DNA of 64,000 nucleotides from a virus: the IMG/VR virus record IMGVR_UViG_3300033405_000004, positions 1 through 64,000 of that record. The stretch is one strand, 5' to 3'. Below are positions 38,008 through 46,599 of the stretch, in pieces. The notes under the pieces were generated by a model. It did not search any database and was not told the origin of the DNA. It saw only the letters and a list, made by a program, of their open reading frames with translations. A program made the position numbers and the translations under genes. The first letter of the stretch is position 1; each line of letters starts with the position of its first letter.

Positions 38008-38270
38008 TGGCCGACTACCTTCCAGAGGCCGTGGCGGCCTTCGAGCGCCGGCACGGCTCCAAGCCCTCCCAGGTCGTGATCGGCCTCTCAGCGGCCATTG
38101 CGCTGGCCAAGGCGGGGCAGCTGCGGCCGGAGTGCGACGGCGTCAAGGTCGTCGCGCGGCCGCTGGAGCCGGGCGAGCGCCCGGTGAGGCCGGGCGGGGG
38201 AACCAAGCTGTTCGTCAGCTACGAGCTCCGGGCCGGCGAGGGGCGCCTGGAGGCCTTCGAGCTGGCCTGA
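38007..38270 (+). CDS. hypothetical protein
   Basis: TGATG coupling. Confidence 0.6.
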   Translation: MADYLPEAVAAFERRHGSKPSQVVIGLSAAIALAKAGQLRPECDGVKVVARPLEPGERPVRPGGGTKLFVSYELRAGEGRLEAFELA

Positions 38271-38584
38271 GCGCCGGCCCAGTGCGTGCCGCCCTGGCCG
38301 CCGCTGGTCGCCGTGCGGGTCGGGAGGGCGTAAACATTATCCTCGGTCCTGATGGCGAGGGTGGCGAAGGCGTAGTGCAGGGCGTTGTCGAAGGTCCACT
38401 GGATGTTTCCGGTGTCACTCTCGCCCGCCGCGGTGCGGTGGCGCACCCCGTACCCGTAGACGCGCCTCCCGTCGTACACGTAGACCCTCGGCTCCACCCG
38501 GATGCCGGCGGACCGGAGGATGGCGGCGATGGCCAGCTTGGCCAGCAGCCTACGGGGCGCGCGGGCGGGGGGTTTCTTCTTCAT
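38219..38584 (-). CDS. hypothetical protein
   Basis: 121 aa, GGAG upstream. Confidence 0.5.
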   Translation of the reverse strand: MKKKPPARAPRRLLAKLAIAAILRSAGIRVEPRVYVYDGRRVYGYGVRHRTAAGESDTGNIQWTFDNALHYAFATLAIRTEDNVYALPTRTATSGGQGGTHWAGAQASSKASRRPSPARSS

Positions 38585-38783
38585 GGGGTCTCTCCTCCTT
38601 GGTGGCCGCGTCCCGGCGCTGGAGCTCCTCCAGCAGCCGCTCGCACAGGGCGAGGCTCTCGCCGGTGAGCTGATAGAAGCCCCCGATCATGCCGTACTGG
38701 GCGCTCAGCGCCCTCAGGTGCAGGCGGGCTTCCCGCGCGAACTTGTCGGCGGCGGATTTCTGTTGGTTTTCGGGCTCGGCCAT
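38550..38783 (-). CDS. hypothetical protein
   Basis: 77 aa, GTTCT motif upstream. Confidence 0.55.
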   Translation of the reverse strand: MAEPENQQKSAADKFAREARLHLRALSAQYGMIGGFYQLTGESLALCERLLEELQRRDAATKEERPHEEETPRPRAP

Positions 38784-38812
38784 CGTTCTTATGAGAACAG
38801 ATTACTTAGACG

Positions 38813-41164
38813 ATGGACCTCCCGAAGTTCTCGCTCATCTACACCTCGGCCCGCCCGCACCTGATCGCCGACGTCGTGCGGCGGTGGAAGGGCCGCGCCG
38901 CCCGCCCGGCCGACGCCCGCTTCGCCATCGCGGTGGACGACGAGGCCGCCCGCGCGGTCGCCGCCGGGACGGCGGAGGACGTGGTCGTGAACGGGGGGCC
39001 CAAGAACTGCGTGGCCGGCTGGAACGCCGCCGCCAAGCTCGCCGAGCGCCAGGGCCTGGGTGACGTGCTCATCGCCGTGGCCGACGACTTCGACGTGCCG
39101 GAGCGCTGGGACGACCTTCTGGCGGGCGTGGCCGCCCCCGGCTGGTGGCTCCAGGACTTCGCCGTCCGCGTCTACGACGGCTACAACTCCGACCTCTGCA
39201 CGCTCGGCATCGTGACCGCCCGCCGCTACCGCCGCCGCGGCTACCTCTTCTACCCCGACTACGAGTCGATCTATTGCTTTCCGCCCGACACGCCTATCCT
39301 GATGGCCAACCATACTCTTAAACCTATTGGTGACGTTGTCCCCGGCGATGTCGTGGTGGGTTCGGTTCGCAGGATTGGGTCGCGGGGCACTGGCAAGCAA
39401 AGGCGGGAGTTTCTTCAGCCGTCCCGAGTGCTGGAGGTCCATCGTAAGCGCGACAGGCTGGTGAGGCTTACGCTGAAGTCCGGTAAGGTGATCCTGTGCA
39501 CTCCTGACCATGTCTGGGCCTACTATGGGGATACCCGCGTGTATTTGCGAAACCAAGCTGGAACCGTGTTGCGTGGACAGGGGGGCCACCCGCGTCAGAA
39601 GGCCGACGGCCAGCTTTTGTACGGAACTCCGAGGATCGGGCGTCGGTTGGTGAAGGTTCTGGACATGCCCCCTTCGCCGCCAATGGACGATCAATCGGTT
39701 CGGGAACTGGGTTGGCTCGCTGGGATTTATGACGGCGAGGGGTGCTTTCCGACCATAACCCAGTCGTTCGACAAGAATCCTGAGGTGTGCAAGGAGCTGG
39801 AGCGCGTGCTGACTCGGTTGGGTTTCAGTTTCACTGTGAAAGGTTATCGTCGGAAATGGAGGGGCAAGCTGATCGAGCAGCACGGTTACTGCATCACTGG
39901 CGGGAGGCCGGAGTACTTGAAGTTTCTGTCGTGGGTCCGGCCCGTGAGAAGCTTCAAGCGAGCGGTGTCCAAGAGAATGTTCACATCCAGGTTTGGGGCG
40001 CCAGACGAGATCGTCAGCATCGAATCGTATGTCGATGACAAGGAAGTCTACTGCCTCTCCACGGAGACCCAAAACTACGTGGCGGACGGTTATCTGAGCC
40101 ACAACAGCGACACCGAGCTCACCTACTCGGCGGCCTACGAGAAGAGGCTCATCTCGGCCCCCCGGCTCCTCTTCGAGCACAGGCACCCCGACTGCGGCAA
40201 GCGCGCCCGGGACGCCGTCGACGAGGCCCACTCCTCCAAGGGCCGCTGGCAGCGCGGGGAGATGCTGTTCAAGTTCCGCATGAGCCAGAACTTCCCCATC
40301 GACGTGGAGCCGCCCGCTGAGCTGGACCGGTTCGCCCTCTACATGCAGGCCATCCGCGACGACTTCTGCCTCTACGACGTGGCCCGGCGCATCGTCGACG
40401 AGGGGAGGGCCGGCCCCGCGCCGGTCGGGCGCGTCTACCTGATGTGCCCCGACGAGTGGTGGTCGGGGCGGCCCCGCTCCCCCGCCGAGATGGCCGAGGT
40501 TCAGGCGGCCGCCAACCGGCTGTGCGCCGAGGGCGTCGACGCCGTGCTGGTCGACCAGCGCGTCGGGCCCGCCCGCGCCTTCTTCCGCACCCGGATCGAC
40601 GTAGAGACCGCCATGCGCAACGAGGCCCTCGACCGGATCTACGCCGACGGGTTCGCCCACGTCATCATCGCCGACGGCGACGAGTTCTGGCGGCGCGGCT
40701 TCTACGCCCGCCTCGCCGAGTGCGTCCAGACCACCGCCGGCGTCACCGCCGGCCTCTACACGGGCATGACGCCGGTCGTGGGCTACCCGGGCTACCCGGT
40801 GGAGGGCTCCACCGACAAGGCGACCGTCTACATCGCCGCGCCCCACCACCTGGTGGACTGCCGCACCGTGGCGGGCAGCCGGGCCGAGCTGCCGGGCCAC
40901 GACGTGATCCACTTCACCGCCACCCGCCGCACCTACGAGGAGGTCGTCCAGAAGCACCGCGAGAGCGGCCACTACGACGACCCCAATTATGACTTCGAGG
41001 GTTGGATCGCCAACACCCTCCCGAAGATCAAGCCTGGCTTCAGGAACGCCCACATGTACAGGCACTATCAGGTCTGGCCGCTGATCCGGGCCTGGAGGCC
41101 CGAGGAGCTGGCCGACCTGCCCGCCTGCGTGCTGCCGTACCTTGGGAATGGAACGGCCAGTTAA
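38813..41164 (+). CDS. two-domain GT-A/GT2-like glycosyltransferase with intein
   Basis: CVAGWNAAA, VADDF (DxD-like), YESIY|SDTEL; second domain IIADGDEFW. Confidence 0.8.
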   Translation: MDLPKFSLIYTSARPHLIADVVRRWKGRAARPADARFAIAVDDEAARAVAAGTAEDVVVNGGPKNCVAGWNAAAKLAERQGLGDVLIAVADDFDVPERWDDLLAGVAAPGWWLQDFAVRVYDGYNSDLCTLGIVTARRYRRRGYLFYPDYESIYCFPPDTPILMANHTLKPIGDVVPGDVVVGSVRRIGSRGTGKQRREFLQPSRVLEVHRKRDRLVRLTLKSGKVILCTPDHVWAYYGDTRVYLRNQAGTVLRGQGGHPRQKADGQLLYGTPRIGRRLVKVLDMPPSPPMDDQSVRELGWLAGIYDGEGCFPTITQSFDKNPEVCKELERVLTRLGFSFTVKGYRRKWRGKLIEQHGYCITGGRPEYLKFLSWVRPVRSFKRAVSKRMFTSRFGAPDEIVSIESYVDDKEVYCLSTETQNYVADGYLSHNSDTELTYSAAYEKRLISAPRLLFEHRHPDCGKRARDAVDEAHSSKGRWQRGEMLFKFRMSQNFPIDVEPPAELDRFALYMQAIRDDFCLYDVARRIVDEGRAGPAPVGRVYLMCPDEWWSGRPRSPAEMAEVQAAANRLCAEGVDAVLVDQRVGPARAFFRTRIDVETAMRNEALDRIYADGFAHVIIADGDEFWRRGFYARLAECVQTTAGVTAGLYTGMTPVVGYPGYPVEGSTDKATVYIAAPHHLVDCRTVAGSRAELPGHDVIHFTATRRTYEEVVQKHRESGHYDDPNYDFEGWIANTLPKIKPGFRNAHMYRHYQVWPLIRAWRPEELADLPACVLPYLGNGTAS
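39275..40105 (+). mobile_element. intein (277 aa) with LAGLIDADG homing endonuclease motif
   Basis: CFPPDTPIL, CTPDH, WLAGIYDGEG, VYCLST..NYVADGYLSHN followed by Ser; lower GC. Confidence 0.92.
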
Positions 41165-41179
41165 GTTGTTCTAATAAGC

Positions 41180-41545
41180 ATGCACGATGACTTGATTGCC
41201 CTCGTCCTTTCGGCGACGGCGCTGGCGTTGTCTGCAGGCGCATGGGTCTGGATCATTTCCGCCGAGCGGAGGCTGCGGGCCGCGCTGGGTGGCGCGGCGG
41301 TGCGCCAGGCGATGCACGCGCACGAATACGTGGTCCAGTCGGTGAACTCCTACGAGGGCGGCGAGGTCGTCTTCGAGGTCGCGTGCGAGTGCGGCGCGGT
41401 CGAGACCCGGCTGGTGGACGGCTCGGCGGTCGCGGCCCTGGTGGAGCAGGCCGGGTCGACGTGCACGGCCGAGGAGGCCAGGGGCGCCCTCATGCAGGCC
41501 TGCGGGGACCCGGAGGCGGCCCTCGACCTCCTGCGCGGGGGGTGA
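41180..41545 (+). CDS. membrane-anchored protein with C-terminal UBA-like motif
   Basis: N-terminal TM helix, CECG, EEARGALMQACGDPEAALDLLR. Confidence 0.65.
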   Translation: MHDDLIALVLSATALALSAGAWVWIISAERRLRAALGGAAVRQAMHAHEYVVQSVNSYEGGEVVFEVACECGAVETRLVDGSAVAALVEQAGSTCTAEEARGALMQACGDPEAALDLLRGG

Positions 41546-41588
41546 CGTATGTCATTTCCGGCGTGTATGTTATTATTTTGACGTACAC

Positions 41589-41637
41589 AAAATGTCATAA
41601 ACTTTTTGCTTGAGTCCGGGCGCCCGGCGGCTATGAT
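41589..41637 (+). promoter_or_regulatory. sigma70-like leaderless promoter
   Basis: conserved 24-bp element, TTGAGT-16-TATGAT, ATG 7 nt after the -10 box. Confidence 0.6.
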
Positions 41638-41644
41638 CCCCGGC

Positions 41645-42646
41645 ATGATAAACGAACAGCCTCTGGTGGTCTGCTACGGCGCGGGAAGGGACAGCACGGC
41701 GATGCTCGTGGGTCTCCGTCAGCGGGGCATCCGGCCCGACCTGATCCTGTTCGCCGACGTCGGCGCCGAGCGCCAGCCGACCTACGACTACCTCCCCGTG
41801 ATGAACGCGTGGCTGCGCTCCGCCGGGTTCCCGGAGGTCACCGTCGTCCGCTACGAGCCGTCCAACTTCAAGCACTGGCCGCACTACCACACCATCGAGG
41901 AGAACATCCTCACCAACGTCAGCCTGCCCAGCATCGCCTACGGCGGCCACTCCTGCTCCAGCAAGTGGAAGATCACCCCGCAGTTGAAGTACGTGGCCAA
42001 GTGGCAGCCCGCCCTCGACGCGTGGGCCAGGGGCCTCAAGGTGGTCAAGGCCGTCGGGTTCGAGGACTCCCCGCACGAGCACCAGCGGGCCGAGCGGGGC
42101 TGCGCCACCTTCGCCGTCAGCGACCTCGAAAAGACCAAGTACCAGCTTTGGTTCCCCCTGCAGGAGTGGGGTTGGAACCTGGAGCGCTGCATCGAGGAGA
42201 TCGCCAAGGCCGGCCTGCCGGTGCCCCCGAAGTCGTCCTGCTACTTCTGCACCGCCATGAAGCCGTGGGAGGTCGACGAGCTCGCGAGGATCGACCCCGA
42301 CAAGCTGCGCCGCGTCGTCATCGTCGAGGCCCGCACCGCGCAGCGGCACCTGCAGTTCGCCGAGGCTAAGGGCTGGCCGCGGGGCGTCGGCGTCCCGCTG
42401 ACCGAGGGCATCTGGCGCAGGCGCGTCAAGGGCATGCGCGGTTCGACCCCGCACCCCGGCTCCATGACCGAGTACATCCGCGAGAAGGGCTTCCTGCCCG
42501 GCGCCGAGATCGACGCCTTGGTCGCCGCCACCCCCACCTGCTACTTCACCGCCGAGGACTTCGCCCGCGACGGCGTGCAGGGCTGGAAGGACTGGATCGT
42601 CCGCGTGATCGTGAAGGCGCAGGCCGCGATCGCCAAGGCCGCGTGA
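41645..42646 (+). CDS. PAPS-reductase-family (PP-loop) protein
   Basis: CYGAGRDS, FADVGAE, CSSKWKITP, FPL.EWGW..C, KSSCYFC. Confidence 0.8.
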   Translation: MINEQPLVVCYGAGRDSTAMLVGLRQRGIRPDLILFADVGAERQPTYDYLPVMNAWLRSAGFPEVTVVRYEPSNFKHWPHYHTIEENILTNVSLPSIAYGGHSCSSKWKITPQLKYVAKWQPALDAWARGLKVVKAVGFEDSPHEHQRAERGCATFAVSDLEKTKYQLWFPLQEWGWNLERCIEEIAKAGLPVPPKSSCYFCTAMKPWEVDELARIDPDKLRRVVIVEARTAQRHLQFAEAKGWPRGVGVPLTEGIWRRRVKGMRGSTPHPGSMTEYIREKGFLPGAEIDALVAATPTCYFTAEDFARDGVQGWKDWIVRVIVKAQAAIAKAA

Positions 42647-43014
42647 GTGCGCCTGCCCCCATCTGCCCCGGATGCGGCGGCCCCCGTCTCGAACCTGTCG
42701 CCGAGAGGGAGCCTCTGGCCTCGGTCTACCTTTGCCGCGACTGCGGGTGGCGGGGCCGGCTGTGCGCCCTGTGCCTGGCCGGCTGGGCGAACTCGCGCCA
42801 CCATCTCGTCCCGCACAGCCGGGGCGGGCGCGGCACCCGGCCGTTCTGCACCCCCTGCCACCGCATGGTTCACGCCACGTTCTCCGAGAAGCAGCTCGAA
42901 CGCGAGCTCCACACGGTCGAGCTGCTGCGGGCGCACCCGGTGATCCGGGCCTTTCTGGCGTGGCGCCGCGAGCGCCCCGGGCAGGACGTGGCGGTGCGCC
43001 GCGGGCGGAAGTGA
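42643..43014 (+). CDS. HNH-like endonuclease
   Basis: CALC..SRHHLVPHSRGG..CTPCHRMVH. Confidence 0.75.
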   Translation: MSAPAPICPGCGGPRLEPVAEREPLASVYLCRDCGWRGRLCALCLAGWANSRHHLVPHSRGGRGTRPFCTPCHRMVHATFSEKQLERELHTVELLRAHPVIRAFLAWRRERPGQDVAVRRGRK

Positions 43015-43123
43015 AAAATCGTGTCAAGCGGAATCTTCTCAGAGCGGGGCGGTCCCGCAACCCGTTGATTTCGGCCCCTCCGCGCAAAAAGTCGTAAACG
43101 CGATTTGATATAATGTGCGCACT

Positions 43124-43336
43124 ATGCAGAAGATATATCCAACCGAAGCCGAGGCCCGCGAAGCCGCCAGGAAGCTCGGAGGCGTGCGGGTCCAGATAGT
43201 CGAGAGCAAGCGCGAGGGGTACCGCGACACGGGCCCCTGGGTGTTCTACCTGGAGACCGACGAGGGCAGCAGATACTCGTCGTTCGTCCGGGCGTGGGAG
43301 CGGCTGGTCTACTCGGGCAGGGGGGCCGGCGCATGA
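43124..43336 (+). CDS. hypothetical protein
   Basis: TATAAT at 43109-43114 upstream. Confidence 0.65.
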   Translation: MQKIYPTEAEAREAARKLGGVRVQIVESKREGYRDTGPWVFYLETDEGSRYSSFVRAWERLVYSGRGAGA

Positions 43337-43536
43337 GCGAGCGCACCCGCCTCCTCATCAACCGGGCGGCCGTCCGGGACAAGGCCCTGGCCGTCCTCGC
43401 CTCCAGGCGGGCGCACCTCGCCGCCAAGATGACCCGCGTCGGTGCCCAGTTCTACGTCGACGCCGAGGCCGCGCTCGTCCGGTTCATCGAGGCCCGGATC
43501 GAGTCGATGCCCAGTGCCGGGAAGACGATCCGGTAG
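43333..43536 (+). CDS. putative prokaryotic histone-fold protein
   Basis: LINRAAVR...RVGAQFYVDAEAALVRFIEARIESMPSAGKTIR resembles alpha1-L1-alpha2-L2. Confidence 0.5.
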   Translation: MSERTRLLINRAAVRDKALAVLASRRAHLAAKMTRVGAQFYVDAEAALVRFIEARIESMPSAGKTIR

Positions 43537-43537
43537 C

Positions 43538-43888
43538 TCAGTCGAAACCCGGAGTCTGCTCGACTATCCTCTCGATCTGACTCTTTTCCTCGCTGGTGAG
43601 CTCGCGGGCGGCGTTGGCGTCGTCGTCGCCCCAGAAAATCGAGATGTAGTTGTACCCGTCGTAGCCGGGGACCACTTGGACGCCGTACCTCACCCAGCGC
43701 CGTACCCTGCTCCCCTTGCGGAGGTGGTCGGCGAAGTCGGACTCGGTTTCGGAGACGGAATCGTACTTCTCGTAGTTGGACGCGTCGCCCCAGCGGACCC
43801 AGACCCATTTCGCCATGGCTTTCGCGACGGCCGAGCCCGCCGAGGTGGTCATGGGGAGGATCGCTTCGAGGATTTGCTTGGCGCGCAT
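43538..43888 (-). CDS. hypothetical protein (candidate head-packaged)
   Basis: TAATTA-N4-ATG; MRAKQILEA leader. Confidence 0.7.
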   Translation of the reverse strand: MRAKQILEAILPMTTSAGSAVAKAMAKWVWVRWGDASNYEKYDSVSETESDFADHLRKGSRVRRWVRYGVQVVPGYDGYNYISIFWGDDDANAARELTSEEKSQIERIVEQTPGFD

Positions 43889-43895
43889 GGCCTAA

Positions 43896-44330
43896 TTAGG
43901 ATTCGTCCCCGCGCTCCCATTTGTTGCAGCAGCCGTCGCGGTAGATGGTGCCCCCGACCTCGCTGCAGGAGCCGGTCTCGCCTTCCCCGCCCCCGCCGTA
44001 GTACTTGCAGTTGGCGCACCGGGTCGGGCCGTCCTCGGCGTAGCCGGCCTGCTCCTTGGGGATGAGCTGGAGCGGCCTGCTGCCCTCTTGGGCGATCACG
44101 GCGCGGCCCCCGGTGGCCCCGAGGAACAGGGCGCAGACCCCGCGCCTGGCGTCGCAGGCGGGCGGGCTGGTGAGCATGCACTCGCCCCCGTGGAAGAAGA
44201 TGCAGGCGCCGCAGTGGCACCCGGCCGGGTCGCCGATCTGCTCCGGCTTGAGGTACACGACGACCTCCGGGCGGAGCTTGCCGCCCTCCACCTCGTGCTC
44301 GTCGAGCAGCCGCTGGACGGCCCGGTTCAT
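43896..44330 (-). CDS. Cys-rich protein with two HiPIP-like repeats
   Basis: CGACIFF..C..GVCALF and CANCKYY..C..GCCNKW. Confidence 0.6.
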   Translation of the reverse strand: MNRAVQRLLDEHEVEGGKLRPEVVVYLKPEQIGDPAGCHCGACIFFHGGECMLTSPPACDARRGVCALFLGATGGRAVIAQEGSRPLQLIPKEQAGYAEDGPTRCANCKYYGGGGEGETGSCSEVGGTIYRDGCCNKWERGDES

Positions 44331-44339
44331 GCGAGGAAC

Positions 44340-44582
44340 TTACCAATTTGAGCCAGGCGGCGAGGGTTCCTCCTCAAGATACGGTTCACGTTTGAGGATA
44401 GCGCATGCCTTCATGTAGGCGTCACCTAAGTCGGTCCATTCGCGGTCTCCGACAGGTGCGTAAAAGCCATCTGGATTTTTCGCCACGCCGCCCGCCGCCT
44501 CAATCGTCTCGATAAAGTCGAGCAAAGCAGCTTCCACAGTACCAAAAGGCTTCTGAGGCTGGGTGTCCTCGGTGATCTCCAC
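44340..44582 (-). CDS. hypothetical protein
   Basis: 80 aa, GTG start uncertain. Confidence 0.5.
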   Translation of the reverse strand: MEITEDTQPQKPFGTVEAALLDFIETIEAAGGVAKNPDGFYAPVGDREWTDLGDAYMKACAILKREPYLEEEPSPPGSNW

Positions 44583-44600
44583 GAGAATCTGTTTGGTGCC

Positions 44601-45026
44601 CTAACTACCGGTCAGATAGTTTATGGCTGATCGCAGGTTCTTCACTGAGTCTTCGAAGAGGCCCAGGCCTCGATTACAACCGCCGCATAACAGTCCCCTG
44701 ATCTTTCCGCTGTCGTGGTCGTGATCCAAGTGGGACGCCTTTTTGACGCGACAGATGGCGCACAGGCCATCCTGTCTGTCGTATAGCTTTTCGAACTCTT
44801 CCTGTGTGATTCCGTAGAGGTATCTTCTGCGTATGGCGGCCATCTTTTCTGGATGCTTTTCCCGCCATTTTCGGTTGTTGTAAAGCTTGTGCTGGGGGTC
44901 GCTAGACACCCTGCTTTGGTTCGCGCACGCCCTGCTGCACGACTTGCGCCTTTTGGCCTGGGACGGCGGCACTTTGAACGGCTTGCCGCAGTTGCTGCAA
45001 ATTAGTTCAATCTGTCGGTTCCTCAT
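44601..45026 (-). CDS. endonuclease VII-type (HNH) homing endonuclease
   Basis: YGIT.EEF..L..Q.G.CAIC..LDHDH.SGKIRGLLC..CN.GLG.F.D; N-terminal Zn finger; low GC. Confidence 0.88.
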   Translation of the reverse strand: MRNRQIELICSNCGKPFKVPPSQAKRRKSCSRACANQSRVSSDPQHKLYNNRKWREKHPEKMAAIRRRYLYGITQEEFEKLYDRQDGLCAICRVKKASHLDHDHDSGKIRGLLCGGCNRGLGLFEDSVKNLRSAINYLTGS

Positions 45027-45375
45027 AGCCTTTCACCAGGCTCTCGACGAGTATGCCTGTGTTCGTGATCACTTGCTTAGCTCGGTCGTCGTAAAGGCAA
45101 ACCATCTCCATGTCCTTCTCCCAGGTGATCGGAAGCTCCCGGCCGAAGTGCTCGATGCACCAGGCCCTGACCGCCGGCACCGCCGCCGGGGCGTCCGGGT
45201 TGGTCGGGTTGGAGCGGGCGGTGAAAATCCGCACGTCCACGCCCTGCGCCAGCCATCTCCTGACGCGCTCCGCCATCGCGGGCACCGGCTCGCCGATGTG
45301 GGTGGGCCCCTTCCAGCCCGTGTAGAGGGCCAGGGTGCCGTCGAGGTCGACGCCGATCCAGCCTTGGTGTGCCAT
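45007..45375 (-). CDS. HAD-family phosphatase (PNKP-like)
   Basis: GVDLDGTL, IFTAR, K, LYDDR. Confidence 0.8.
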   Translation of the reverse strand: MAHQGWIGVDLDGTLALYTGWKGPTHIGEPVPAMAERVRRWLAQGVDVRIFTARSNPTNPDAPAAVPAVRAWCIEHFGRELPITWEKDMEMVCLYDDRAKQVITNTGILVESLVKGYEEPTD

Positions 45376-45382
45376 GCGCTAA

Positions 45383-45721
45383 CTAGGGTGCCCGCTTGCG
45401 AGGCGGCTGGGGTGTCTCCTCTTCCCCGTAGCCCTGCGGCGGGGGCGGAGGGGGCGCGCGCAGCGACTCCAGCTTGCGCACCGCCGTCTCGACCTGCCTC
45501 TCGCGGTAGTCGGCCACGGCCAGGTCGTACAGGACGGTGTGCAGCGTCTCCAGCGCGCCCTTGGCCTGCTGGTAGGGCACGGGCGGCGTCTCGCCCATCG
45601 CGACCGGGCCCATCCCGTGCTTCGTGAGGAAGTCGTTCACCGGGGACAGCAGCTTGTCGACGTCGAGGCGGCATTGCCCCTCGGCGATGCCGACCAGCCG
45701 CTCCTCTATGCTTTTCATCAT
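45383..45721 (-). CDS. hypothetical protein
   Basis: MMKSIEERLV..., coupled. Confidence 0.65.
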   Translation of the reverse strand: MMKSIEERLVGIAEGQCRLDVDKLLSPVNDFLTKHGMGPVAMGETPPVPYQQAKGALETLHTVLYDLAVADYRERQVETAVRKLESLRAPPPPPPQGYGEEETPQPPRKRAP

Positions 45722-45972
45722 GTTGGTTCCGCCAGCTCCGTGGCTGGCCTCCGTTGGGCTTCGGTTTGCGTTTCGAGGAAGTTGGCGATGTCGCGCAGGC
45801 AGTCCTTCTCGAAAAGGGTGCCTGGCTCGGGGAAGAAGGAGTAGCGGCGCCAGGCCCCGTGCCACCGCACGCTGCCGAGCGGGGGGCCGCCGTCCTTCGC
45901 GTGGACGCTCCAGACCTTGGTCTTCCCGCTGGGGGAGGTGGCCGTCTGCGTGAACTCGATCCACTTGGCCAC
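45718..45972 (-). CDS. hypothetical protein
   Basis: LG.V.W..WRRY.F.P..T.F..CL.DI..FL pattern. Confidence 0.7.
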   Translation of the reverse strand: MAKWIEFTQTATSPSGKTKVWSVHAKDGGPPLGSVRWHGAWRRYSFFPEPGTLFEKDCLRDIANFLETQTEAQRRPATELAEPT

Positions 45973-45973
45973 G

Positions 45974-46525
45974 TCAGCCCCCTTCTAGGTGCGTCAAGAC
46001 GCAGGACAGCGCGTCGGCCACCGCGTAGCAGTCGTCGAGGTCGGGCTCCGTCGCCTTCGTCTTCTTCATTGGCCACCCGGCGAAGTCAGGCCAGGCCTTC
46101 TTCACCGCCGCCAGCACGTCGTCCTTCTCCGCGTCGGGGGCGCCCGCGCTGCCCCGCTTGTTCTCGGCCGGCGAGATGTACCGGGCCGGGACCCCGAGCC
46201 GGTGGAGCGTGACCACCGTCGTGGCGGCGCCGAGCGCCATGCCCTTGATGGCCGCGGCGTCCCTCGCCCCGGCCGACGGGAGCTCCACGATCGCCAGGTC
46301 CGGCTTGTGCGCCCGGACCAGCTTCTCGATCTCGTCGCTTATCCTCACGCAGCGGCGCGCGTCGTCGTCGGATTTGTAAACATCCTTCTTGTCGCGCTGC
46401 TTCTCGGTGAGGCCCTTGGTGTGGAAGCAACTTCCGTGCAGCACCTTGTCGTGCCCGTCGCCGGCGTCGACCACCGCGAAGCCGGGGGCCGCGAACCCGC
46501 TGTCTATGCCTAGGTAAATCGCCAT
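45974..46525 (-). CDS. ruvC: RuvC-like Holliday junction resolvase
   Basis: YLGIDSG..GFAVV, AIVE, SP.E.K..G...AEK, AVADAL. Confidence 0.85.
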   Translation of the reverse strand: MAIYLGIDSGFAAPGFAVVDAGDGHDKVLHGSCFHTKGLTEKQRDKKDVYKSDDDARRCVRISDEIEKLVRAHKPDLAIVELPSAGARDAAAIKGMALGAATTVVTLHRLGVPARYISPAENKRGSAGAPDAEKDDVLAAVKKAWPDFAGWPMKKTKATEPDLDDCYAVADALSCVLTHLEGG

Positions 46526-46599
46526 GCGAGGTCAGAACAGATTTCCTCCCGGCCGCGCCGGCTTTTTTGTTCTTAGTCCACAGCAACCATTTATTCCCA

